Virus record (IMG/VR): IMGVR_UViG_3300045790_000889
DNA: 20,000 bases
Strand: one strand, 5' to 3'
Source of the DNA: an uncultured virus (IMG/VR IMGVR_UViG_3300045790_000889)
Taxonomy: Duplodnaviria > Heunggongvirae > Uroviricota > Caudoviricetes
Positions 7,595-15,855 of this stretch are shown here, in pieces. The position numbers were made by a program, and so were the translations under genes. The first letter of the stretch is position 1. Each line of letters starts with the position of its first letter. The notes under the pieces are model-generated. The model ran no database searches and had not been told where the DNA came from. It was given only the letters and a program-made list of their open reading frames with translations.

Positions 7595-7629
7595 TTGACA
7601 AAATGTCCCATATATGTTAATATGGGACA
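7595..7629 (+). promoter_or_regulatory. Sigma70-type promoter overlapped by an inverted repeat
   Basis: TTGACA (7595-7600), N17, TAATAT (7618-7623) with TG extension; TGTCCCATAT (7604-7613) / ATATGGGACA (7620-7629). Confidence 0.7.
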
Positions 7630-7650
7630 AATTTAAATAAAGGATATATT

Positions 7651-7992
7651 ATGGAAACTAAAAAAATCAAAACGCACGAATTTCCTGTGATGGCATTAAT
7701 CAATAAAATTGGTGATTGGCATGAAAATCGTAATTTGATTGATGGATCAAGTGACAAAGACCAAGTTTTGAAATTGATGCAAGAATTGGGAGAGTTGTCC
7801 GACAGCGTTTGTAAGGGTAATGATATTCGTGATGATTTAGGTGATATGATGGTTGTAATGATCAATATCATGAAACGTAATAATATTACTATGAATGAAT
7901 GTTTAACAGTTGCTTACAATGATATTAAAGATCGTAAAGGTAAAATGATTGATGGTATCTTTGTAAAGGAATCCGATTTAAAGGATATGTAG
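7651..7992 (+). CDS. mazG: MazG-like nucleotide pyrophosphohydrolase
   Basis: KLMQELGEL...IRDDLGDMMVV (ExxE...D-x-x-D all-alpha NTP-PPase motif) and AYNDIKDRKG..IDG.FVKE tail. Confidence 0.85.
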   Translation: METKKIKTHEFPVMALINKIGDWHENRNLIDGSSDKDQVLKLMQELGELSDSVCKGNDIRDDLGDMMVVMINIMKRNNITMNECLTVAYNDIKDRKGKMIDGIFVKESDLKDM

Positions 7993-8927
7993 TGTACTCG
8001 CTTACGATATTCAAATCTATATATGACAACAAAACCCACCGTAGAATGAATTTTTCGCGGTGGGAAGCCTTTAATGATTTCCTATATAAATTATCAGAAC
8101 AAAAAATAGAAAGTAAAAAAGATGCTCAACTTATATCACCTGCTACTTACTTATCTAATACGACTAGGGCAAACGCGAATGTGGTTAATTGGGCAAATTG
8201 GACTGCTGTTGATGTTGATGATCATGTCTTTAAAGGAAACTTAAAGGATGAGTTATTTAATCGCTTTGGCGATTATACCTATATTTGTTATAGTACCGCT
8301 AGTAGTTCTATTGACCATCCGAAGTTTAGACTTGTATTCCCGCTCAGTAAAGAGGTTGAAAATTCTAAAATTCGTCACTTCTGGTTCTCGCTTAATAAAG
8401 AACTCAGTGAAATCGGAGATGGGCAAACAAAAGACTTATCAAGGATGTATTATATCCCTGCTAATTATTCTAATGCTAACAACTTTATATTCAATAATGT
8501 TGGCAGTGATATTGATCCTGACAAATTAATGAGTAAACATTCATATGAAGTGAAAAGTGGTAGTAGTTTCAAAGACCGTATGCCAAAACACATAGCAGAT
8601 AGAGCAATTGAATATGAAAAGAATAAATTAGACAATACTGATGTTAGGTGGACAGGATATAGAGATTGTCCATTTGTAAATAAACGTCAGATACATGATT
8701 GGTTTGATATTTCTGGTGTTGACAATTCTGGTAGATATGCTATGATATATAAAATTATGGTAAGTACTGCAATGAATGCAATAAGTAGAAAGTATCCAAT
8801 AACATCATTTGAGTTGGAGCAACTGATAAGAGAACTAGACAGTGAAACTTCTAGAAAATATGAAAAAAGACCTTTGGCTGTTGAAGCCGATAGAGCAATA
8901 GAATACGCATATAGAAACGTGTTGTAA
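7992..8927 (+). CDS. AEP-superfamily primase/primase-polymerase-like protein
   Basis: AVDVDD (DxD), YSTASS...KFRLVFPL, D.QTKDLSRMYYIP and a helical C-terminal domain. GTG start overlapping the mazG stop. Confidence 0.7.
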   Translation: MYSLTIFKSIYDNKTHRRMNFSRWEAFNDFLYKLSEQKIESKKDAQLISPATYLSNTTRANANVVNWANWTAVDVDDHVFKGNLKDELFNRFGDYTYICYSTASSSIDHPKFRLVFPLSKEVENSKIRHFWFSLNKELSEIGDGQTKDLSRMYYIPANYSNANNFIFNNVGSDIDPDKLMSKHSYEVKSGSSFKDRMPKHIADRAIEYEKNKLDNTDVRWTGYRDCPFVNKRQIHDWFDISGVDNSGRYAMIYKIMVSTAMNAISRKYPITSFELEQLIRELDSETSRKYEKRPLAVEADRAIEYAYRNVL

Positions 8928-8936
8928 GGAGTTTAT

Positions 8937-9200
8937 GTGATAATGGGAAATAGTTTATTTGATGACGATGATGATCAGTCAACATCTGAATGGACAGATA
9001 TGCCTGAGTTTGTCCAACCAAAGCAAGAAGAATTTGCTAAAGTTATTGTTAGATTTCGTAACGAAGAAGATTTGAATGAGTTTCAAAAATTGATTGATCA
9101 AATCGTAACAACAAGAACAAAGAGTATTTGGCATCCCAAATTGGTTAGAGGTGCTACACTGCAAGAAGTTTGGGTTGATGAGTTTTTTGATGAAGAATAA
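8937..9200 (+). CDS. Small acidic protein associated with a phage GREB1/TAGT-like glycosyltransferase
   Basis: EW..MPEF.Q...IVRF.NEED..EF..LI.Q..T..TKSIWHP. AAGGAG Shine-Dalgarno (start GTG 8937 or ATG 8943). Overlaps the glycosyltransferase start. Confidence 0.7.
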   Translation: MIMGNSLFDDDDDQSTSEWTDMPEFVQPKQEEFAKVIVRFRNEEDLNEFQKLIDQIVTTRTKSIWHPKLVRGATLQEVWVDEFFDEE

Positions 9201-10065
9201 TTACCCAATATATGTGGTATCCAAAAATAGGTGGGAGAGTCGTATGACTATGAAGCACCTTGATTGGATGGGGTGTGATTATTATATTGTAATTGAACAA
9301 TCACAATGGAATGAGTATGCTGCAACTTGTGGTAAAGAAAAACTGTTAGTTCTTCCACAGTCATATATTGATGATTATGATACATGGGATAACTTGGGTG
9401 ATAGTAAATCCAAAGGCCCAGGTGCTGCGCGAAACTTTGCTTGGGATCACTCAATAAGCAATGGTGACAAAAGACACTGGGTAATGGATGATAACTTTGA
9501 GGGGTTTTATCGCCTCAACAGAAACCGAATTTTATTCTCTAAAACTCCTAGAGTTTTCTTAGCGATGGAAGATTTTGCTGATAGGTATGTTAATGCCCCA
9601 ATAGTAGGTCCAAACTATGCTTGCTTTGTAAAATCAACTGATGCTGTACCACCTTACATATTAAATACCAGAATTTATAGTTGTCTGTTGATTGAAAACG
9701 CAGTCAAATATCGTTGGAGGGGGCGGTATAATGAGGATACCGACTTATCATTAAGGGTATTGAAGGATGGTTTATGTACTATTCAATTCAATGCATTTCT
9801 TGCTGGTAAACTTACTACTCAAAAAATTACTGGTGGTAATACTGATGAGTTCTATTCTACAGAAGGTACTTATCCAAAGTCTAAGATGTTAGAGGATATG
9901 CATCCAGATGTTGCAAAGGTTGTTTGGAAATTTAATCGCTGGCATCATCACGTAGATTACAAAAGATTTAGAAAAAATACCTTAATTCGTCATTCAGACT
10001 ATACTCCAATAAAAGGTATAAATGAGTATGGAATGAGGTTGGTTGATAGAAAAGGTTTAAGATAA
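9190..10065 (+). CDS. GREB1/TAGT-like GT-A glycosyltransferase (putative DNA base glycosyltransferase)
   Basis: YPIYVVSKNR, GPGAARNFAW, HWVMDDN (DD metal motif), NTRIYSCLLI, WRGRYNEDTDLSLRVLKDG, GGNT, RWHHHVDY. Start reassigned to ATG 9190. Confidence 0.8.
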   Translation: MKNNYPIYVVSKNRWESRMTMKHLDWMGCDYYIVIEQSQWNEYAATCGKEKLLVLPQSYIDDYDTWDNLGDSKSKGPGAARNFAWDHSISNGDKRHWVMDDNFEGFYRLNRNRILFSKTPRVFLAMEDFADRYVNAPIVGPNYACFVKSTDAVPPYILNTRIYSCLLIENAVKYRWRGRYNEDTDLSLRVLKDGLCTIQFNAFLAGKLTTQKITGGNTDEFYSTEGTYPKSKMLEDMHPDVAKVVWKFNRWHHHVDYKRFRKNTLIRHSDYTPIKGINEYGMRLVDRKGLR

Positions 10066-10071
10066 TTTAAA

Positions 10072-10094
10072 ATTGTAAACTCAGAGTTTACAAT
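10072..10094. repeat. Perfect 11 bp palindrome upstream of the metabolic block
   Basis: ATTGTAAACTC-A-GAGTTTACAAT. Confidence 0.75.
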
Positions 10095-10133
10095 AGATCA
10101 ATATAATAAAGATTTATAATATAGGAGAAATGC

Positions 10134-10937
10134 ATGACATTTATAGCAGCAATGGATCATTCTGGTGGTAGCACTGGCGGCGTATTAGAGCGATATGGTC
10201 AAGAATATACTGAAGATAATAAAATGGATTTAGTTCACCGTATGCGACTGCGTATGGTATTGAACGAAAACTTTACAAGTGATAAGATTAGTCATGCAAT
10301 CCTTTACAAAGATTCTGTTGAAAAGGATATGGTGGCTGTTCTTGCAAATAAAGGTATTCATGCTATTCTGAAGGTTGATAGTGGATGTGAAGCAAATGGT
10401 TTCTTGAAGGTATTTGATGTTGATTCAATGATACGTTTTGCTTTAGGGGCTGGTTGTGTAGGAACCAAAATGAGAAGTATTGTTAAAGATATGTATGATA
10501 TTCCAAAACTTCTTGATCAACAATTTGAGTTAGCGTGGAGAATTTCAAACGCTGGTCTTACGCCAATAGTAGAACCAGAAGTTCCTATTGATGCGTTTAA
10601 TAAATCAGTCATTGAAAAACATCTAAATGAAGAATTGATGAATCGTTGTAGAGATTTTCCTGGCCAACTTATTCTTAAACTTACCATACCTGATATTTCA
10701 GAAACGTACAATAATTTGTATGAATACAATTCAGTTGAAAAAATTGTTGGTCTAAGTGGGGGGTATTCAACTGAGGAAGCATGTACCAAATTGTCTCGCT
10801 CACCACATATGAGTGCAAGTTTCAGTAGAGGTTTAAGTGAAGGTCTATTCCATTCACAAACAGATGAAGAGTTTAATGAAAGAATTAAATCAAACATAGA
10901 TATGATATATAAAGCAAGCAAATGGAGTAAAGTATGA
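10134..10937 (+). CDS. fda: Fructose-1,6-bisphosphate aldolase, class I (bacterial Fda type)
   Basis: FIAAMDHSGGST (cf. FIAALDQSGGST), LKVDSG, GTKMRS, PIVEPEV, LKLTIP (Schiff-base Lys), GLSGGYS, ASFSRGL. Confidence 0.92.
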   Translation: MTFIAAMDHSGGSTGGVLERYGQEYTEDNKMDLVHRMRLRMVLNENFTSDKISHAILYKDSVEKDMVAVLANKGIHAILKVDSGCEANGFLKVFDVDSMIRFALGAGCVGTKMRSIVKDMYDIPKLLDQQFELAWRISNAGLTPIVEPEVPIDAFNKSVIEKHLNEELMNRCRDFPGQLILKLTIPDISETYNNLYEYNSVEKIVGLSGGYSTEEACTKLSRSPHMSASFSRGLSEGLFHSQTDEEFNERIKSNIDMIYKASKWSKV

Positions 10938-11284
10938 CAATCGCAGGAAAAGTATGGGGTCAAACAGAATTGATTGAGGCAAATGGTGCGTTAGAATTTC
11001 ATCGTATTGAAATGGAAGGCGGCGGCGTCTGTTCAAAACATCTACATGAGTATAAATGGAATGGCTTTTATATTGAGTCAGGAATTATGCTTGTTCGCGT
11101 CTGGCAGAATGATTATGATTTGATTGATGAGACTATTTTAAACGCTGGTGAATATACTAAAGTAAAACCCGGTGTGTATCATCAATTTGAGTGTATTGAG
11201 CCGGGAGTGGCATTTGAATTGTACTGGGCAGAATTTAACCATAGTGATATTGTGAGAGAAACTGTAGGTCATTCTGCTTTATAA
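10934..11284 (+). CDS. Cupin-fold protein (sugar isomerase/epimerase-like)
   Basis: KVWG, CSKHLHEYKWNGFYIESG (cupin motif 1, HxH) and VKPGVYHQF (cupin motif 2). Confidence 0.8.
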   Translation: MTIAGKVWGQTELIEANGALEFHRIEMEGGGVCSKHLHEYKWNGFYIESGIMLVRVWQNDYDLIDETILNAGEYTKVKPGVYHQFECIEPGVAFELYWAEFNHSDIVRETVGHSAL

Positions 11285-11295
11285 AGGACGTTAAA

Positions 11296-12171
11296 ATGAA
11301 CGCATATGCTGATGCTGGTGTTAATATTGAAAAGGGAAACGAGATAGCAAAATATCTTGGCTTCAAAGATTTTGGTGCCTCTTTAATGATTGGCGGTGAG
11401 GAAGTTGTTATATCTACTGATGGGGTAGGTACAAAGATTTTAGTTGCCGAAGCACAAAATAAATTTGATACCATTGGTATTGATCTTGTCGCAATGTGTG
11501 TAAATGATATTCTATGTAAGTTTGCTCAACCAATAGGATTTCTTGATTATTACGCGACAGGGGAAATATGCCTTGATAAATCAAAAGAAATTTTGAAAGG
11601 AATATTAAAAGGCTGCGAACTTGCTGGTTGTACTCTTATGGGCGGTGAGACCGCTGAGATGCCAGGAGTTTATGAGGGGTCTAAATTTGACCTTGCTGGT
11701 TTTGTTGTTGGTACTGTAATTGATCGTCATGTGCCTAGAATTGTGCAAGAAGGCGATATTCTTGTAGGCATTCATTCAAGTGGCCCACACTCAAATGGAT
11801 TTAGTATGCTAAGAGAAGTATTACCAATTGATGAAATACCACTTACACCCACAAGAATTTATACAGATGAAATACTGAATAACCATCATTTGATTAATGC
11901 AGTATCACATATTACTGGTGGTGGTCTTATAGAAAATATTCCTAGAATGTTGGGTGGTAGAGAACACTCTTTAGAAGTTTCAATTGTAGGTGATTTGGTG
12001 TATGGTAATGATTGGTGGAATGATTTATATTTAAAGTGTCAAAATAAAATGGATATGAGAGAATTTTTAACAATATTTAATGGTGGTTACGGTATGGTGT
12101 TAGCCGTTTCTCCACACAATGTGGATAAGTTAAATATAGAAAATGTTAAAGTAATCGGAAAAGTGTTATGA
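11296..12171 (+). CDS. purM: Phosphoribosylaminoimidazole (AIR) synthetase
   Basis: YADAGVNI, STDGVGTK, IGIDLVAMCVND, FLDYYA, GGETAEMPG, DLAGF, SSGPHSNGFS, LTPTRIY, HITGGG, FNGGYG. Confidence 0.96.
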   Translation: MNAYADAGVNIEKGNEIAKYLGFKDFGASLMIGGEEVVISTDGVGTKILVAEAQNKFDTIGIDLVAMCVNDILCKFAQPIGFLDYYATGEICLDKSKEILKGILKGCELAGCTLMGGETAEMPGVYEGSKFDLAGFVVGTVIDRHVPRIVQEGDILVGIHSSGPHSNGFSMLREVLPIDEIPLTPTRIYTDEILNNHHLINAVSHITGGGLIENIPRMLGGREHSLEVSIVGDLVYGNDWWNDLYLKCQNKMDMREFLTIFNGGYGMVLAVSPHNVDKLNIENVKVIGKVL

Positions 12172-12353
12172 TTGAAAAGCAGATTGCAGATTTACAAAGA
12201 CGTATAGAAAAGTTAGAAGCAAGACCTGTATTATATCAAAGAAAGGGCGTTCTAGGTAATCCGAATGGTTTCGTTTATACTCAAGGACAAAACGCATTAC
12301 ATGAGCCTGTTGAATTAGAACATATTAAAAATAAAGGACTAGAAAATGACTAA
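12168..12353 (+). CDS. Hypothetical protein (61 aa, N-terminal coiled coil)
   Basis: Overlaps both neighbours (ATGA with purM); IADLQRRIEKLE heptads. Confidence 0.65.
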   Translation: MIEKQIADLQRRIEKLEARPVLYQRKGVLGNPNGFVYTQGQNALHEPVELEHIKNKGLEND

Positions 12354-13581
12354 TATCAACATCACAACAAATCCAACAGGACGTAGCCCAGAAAATAAAT
12401 ACTTTTTTGGAGAAGCAACTTCAGAATTATGCACAGAGAGATCAAAATATTGCAAGATTGGTAATATGGATGATTATCTTTCATTTGCACATCAGATGCT
12501 TCCTAGCGTGATAACAGAATATATTTACAAAAAACCTTTACAATTTGAATCTGCAAATATTAGATTTCAAGTATACACCAATGATGAACGTCATGAACAA
12601 TTTGTAAGAAATATGTTTGACATATTACCTAATGGATTTGGGCATCATGTTCCCGATTGGACAATTTGGCACAACACTGAATTAGATGTGCCGCATCCTA
12701 AAATTTATGTAAACCTTGATACTAAAACTATGTTTATTGCTGGAACCACCTTTCTTGGTGAGATTAAGAAAGGTGTGTTTGGTATCATTGGATTTGAACT
12801 TCCTAAACGAGATTATCTTCCTATGCATTGTAGTGCCTTTAGGTTTCGGAAAATCGGAACATATGATGCAACTACTAATTTAATGTTTGGTCTGAGTGGA
12901 ACAGGTAAGACTACATTGAGCAGTGATCCAGACTATGCGCTAATTAGTGATGATGAGGTTTATTGGGATAATAACGGCATCAAAATGATTGAAACTGGAT
13001 GTTATGCTAAGAGTGAGGGTTTATCTCCAGAAACACATAAGACTATTTTTGATGCTATTGAAAAAGCGAAGGCAGAAGATTGCTTAGTTGTAGAAAATCC
13101 AGGTGTACCAAACGCAAGATTGAGTTACCCTATCACTTGTGTTGAAAACGCATATCATAAACCTCAGAAATTTAATCATCCAGATAATATATTTTTCTTA
13201 ACTATGGACGCAAAGGGAGTATTTCCACCATACAGCAAGATTAGTGGCGAGACAGTTCGTAGATTTTTTGAAACTGGATATACAAGTCAGATGCCAGGAA
13301 CTGAGAAGGGCGCAACTGAGATTAAGCCACTCTTTAGTCCATGTTATGGATCACCCTTTATGCCAAGGCCAGTGAAAGAATACAGTGACTTATTAATGCG
13401 AAAGATTCATGAGAATAATTGTAATGTATATTTGATTAACACTGGAATGGATAAGGATGGAAAGCGTTTTTCTCTTGACTTTACGCGAAAATGTGTTAAA
13501 ATGTGTATAGAAAATAACATGGAAGATAAGAGTAAAGAAGTGTTAAAAACTCTTGAGGATTTAATAGGCAATAAAATATGA
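12346..13581 (+). CDS. pckA: Phosphoenolpyruvate carboxykinase (ATP), compact form
   Basis: TGRSP, GEIKKG, MHCSA, P-loop FGLSGTGKTTLS, LISDDE, ETGCYAK, NARLSYP, FFLTMDAKGVFPP, FSPCYGSPF, YLINTG. Confidence 0.92.
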   Translation: MTNINITTNPTGRSPENKYFFGEATSELCTERSKYCKIGNMDDYLSFAHQMLPSVITEYIYKKPLQFESANIRFQVYTNDERHEQFVRNMFDILPNGFGHHVPDWTIWHNTELDVPHPKIYVNLDTKTMFIAGTTFLGEIKKGVFGIIGFELPKRDYLPMHCSAFRFRKIGTYDATTNLMFGLSGTGKTTLSSDPDYALISDDEVYWDNNGIKMIETGCYAKSEGLSPETHKTIFDAIEKAKAEDCLVVENPGVPNARLSYPITCVENAYHKPQKFNHPDNIFFLTMDAKGVFPPYSKISGETVRRFFETGYTSQMPGTEKGATEIKPLFSPCYGSPFMPRPVKEYSDLLMRKIHENNCNVYLINTGMDKDGKRFSLDFTRKCVKMCIENNMEDKSKEVLKTLEDLIGNKI

Positions 13582-14282
13582 TTCACTATATATTTGATGT
13601 TGATGGAACACTTACGCCAAGTAGGGCCAAGATGGATGAAAAATTTAGTTCATTCTTCTTTGACTTCTGCACATTAAATAATGTATATCTTGTCACTGGT
13701 AGTGATACGCAAAAGACCCAAGAACAAGTCGGAAATGTTATTTGGGGAATGACTAAGCGTAATTATCAATGTTCTGGTAATGACGTATGGGAACGTGGTG
13801 AGAATATCAAAAAGAACAGTCTAAAACTACCTGACACTATATGGGGATACTTGAACACCGAAATTAATAATAGTGAATTTCCAGTAAGAACTGGCGGTCA
13901 TATTGAGGAAAGGGCGGGACTTGTAAATTTATCTATTGTGGGTAGAAACGCTGGAAAACGTGCTAGAACTCAATATGTGGCTTGGGATAATCATACAAAC
14001 GAAAGAAGAACCATTGCGAAACGACTATCAAAAAAATTTACGGAATTTGATTTTAATGTCGCGGGTGAAACTGGAATAGATATTACAATAAAAGGTAATG
14101 ATAAATCTCAGATATTGACAGACTTCACTAAATCTGATATAATACATTTTTATGGAGATAAATGTGATTTCGGTGGTAATGATCATACTATAGCAATGGG
14201 AGTGTATGATCTTGGCGAACCAAACTCAGTATATCAAGTGCAAGATTGGAGAGAAACTTGGGAACTACTAAAGTCGGTATAA
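13578..14282 (+). CDS. HAD-superfamily IIB phosphomannomutase (eukaryotic PMM-like)
   Basis: FDVDGTLT, LVTGSD, IEERAGLVNLSIVGR, GETGIDI, DKSQIL, FYGDK...GGND. Confidence 0.88.
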   Translation: MIHYIFDVDGTLTPSRAKMDEKFSSFFFDFCTLNNVYLVTGSDTQKTQEQVGNVIWGMTKRNYQCSGNDVWERGENIKKNSLKLPDTIWGYLNTEINNSEFPVRTGGHIEERAGLVNLSIVGRNAGKRARTQYVAWDNHTNERRTIAKRLSKKFTEFDFNVAGETGIDITIKGNDKSQILTDFTKSDIIHFYGDKCDFGGNDHTIAMGVYDLGEPNSVYQVQDWRETWELLKSV

Positions 14283-14674
14283 CTGCATCAACTTTTGATT
14301 TTCTACATGCTGGTCATATCGCTATGTTGCGTGAAGCAAAATCACAATGCGATTATTTAATATGTGCATTGCAAGTTGATCCATCTTTGGATAGGCCAGA
14401 GAAGAATACACCAGTACAGACATTGGTTGAGCGACACACTCAACTTGCAGCCGTAAAATATGTTGATGAAATTATTCCATATCAAACAGAGCAAGACTTA
14501 GAGGATATATTATCCATGTTTCCTATAAACATAAGAATTATAGGTGAGGAATATAAAAACGGTAAGTTTACTGGTCGCGCTATTTGTTCAAAGCGTGGCA
14601 TAGAGATATATTATAACAAAAGAGACCACAGATTTTCATCTAGTGATTTAAGAAAGCGAGTGAAAAATATATGA
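14258..14674 (+). CDS. Cytidylyltransferase (TagD/glycerol-3-phosphate cytidylyltransferase-like, HIGH family)
   Basis: ASTFDFLHAGH (HxGH), ER...L.AVKYVDEI, RDHRFSSSDLR. The likely start is TTG 14258 after GGAG 14248-14251 (track start 14246). Confidence 0.88.
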   Translation: MGTTKVGITASTFDFLHAGHIAMLREAKSQCDYLICALQVDPSLDRPEKNTPVQTLVERHTQLAAVKYVDEIIPYQTEQDLEDILSMFPINIRIIGEEYKNGKFTGRAICSKRGIEIYYNKRDHRFSSSDLRKRVKNI

Positions 14675-15855
14675 TTATTAACGGTGACTGTATTGAAGAA
14701 ATGCAGAAATTAATTGACCAAGGCGTTCAAGTTGATGCGGTAGTTACAGACCCACCATATGAAATTGGATTTATGGGTAGAGAATGGGATTCCACAGGAA
14801 TTGCTTACCGAAAAGAAACTTGGAGACTTGCTTGGGAATTATTGAAGCCAGGTGGACACTTACTTGCTTTTAGTGCATCTCGTACCTACCATAGAATGAC
14901 AGTCGCTATTGAGGATGCTGGATTTGAAATTCGTGATCAAATGATGTGGTTGTATGGTTCTGGGTTTCCAAAGAGTCATAATATTAGTAAGTCTCTTGAT
15001 AAGATGGCTGGTGCAGAGCGTGAGGTTGTGGGGGTAGCAGGGAAATCTGGCTCACAAAGGTCGGCAATGGCTGGCGACTTCAAGGGTGGGGAATATAATA
15101 CAACCTCCCCCGCCACTGATGAAGCCCAACAATGGGATGGTTGGGGTACTGCACTCAAACCAGCGCACGAACCGATTGCGGTAGGTCGTAAACCATTGTC
15201 TGAAGGTACTGTTGCTAAGAATGTATTAAAACATGGAACTGGTGGTATTAATATTGATGCTAGTCGTATTCCTACTAATCCTGCTGTTGATGATGCCCGA
15301 CTTGGTGGTAAAGGCTCTTGGAAAACTGATAGGATGGGAAGAAATGTTTATATTGGTGGATATGTTGGTAAGGAAAATGGTTCAAGTGAACTAGGTAGAT
15401 TCCCAGCAAATATAATGCACGATGGTTCTGAGGAAGTGGTTAAGTTGTTTCCAGAAAGCAATAGTGCAAGAGTGGGAAATCCAAATAATCCTAAAAGAGG
15501 GACTAATCATACTGCCACTAGTTATGGACAAGGGGATGGTAAAATAACACATGATTTTAGAGACAAAGGCTCCGCATCAAGATATTTCTATTGCCCAAAA
15601 GTATCAAAAAAAGAACGTGGTGAGAACAACAAACATCCGACAGTTAAACCACAAGAGTTGATGAAATATTTAATTCGCATGGTAACACCTAAAGGTGGTA
15701 CTGTACTTGATCCATTCATGGGTTCTGGTTCTACTGGTATGGCAGCAAAGGATTTAGAATTTAATTTTATTGGTATTGAAATGGATGAAGAATACTTTAA
15801 GATATGTCAAGAACGAATTGAAGAAATCAATCCACTAGGAGAATTTTTAGAATGA
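14671..15855 (+). CDS. DNA amino-methyltransferase (beta class), paralog 1
   Basis: GDCIE, VTDPPY, LKPGGHLL, YGSGFPKS, GWGTALKPAHEPI, GRFPAN, HPTVKP, VLDPFMGSGSTG. Confidence 0.94.
   Translation: MIINGDCIEEMQKLIDQGVQVDAVVTDPPYEIGFMGREWDSTGIAYRKETWRLAWELLKPGGHLLAFSASRTYHRMTVAIEDAGFEIRDQMMWLYGSGFPKSHNISKSLDKMAGAEREVVGVAGKSGSQRSAMAGDFKGGEYNTTSPATDEAQQWDGWGTALKPAHEPIAVGRKPLSEGTVAKNVLKHGTGGINIDASRIPTNPAVDDARLGGKGSWKTDRMGRNVYIGGYVGKENGSSELGRFPANIMHDGSEEVVKLFPESNSARVGNPNNPKRGTNHTATSYGQGDGKITHDFRDKGSASRYFYCPKVSKKERGENNKHPTVKPQELMKYLIRMVTPKGGTVLDPFMGSGSTGMAAKDLEFNFIGIEMDEEYFKICQERIEEINPLGEFLE

Noticed and set aside
8248..8529. Hydrophobic 93 aa alternative-frame ORF inside the primase-like gene (possible holin or spanin)
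   Set aside because: Off-frame translation of AT-rich coding DNA commonly gives I/L/V-rich strings. There is no lipobox or lysis gene context.
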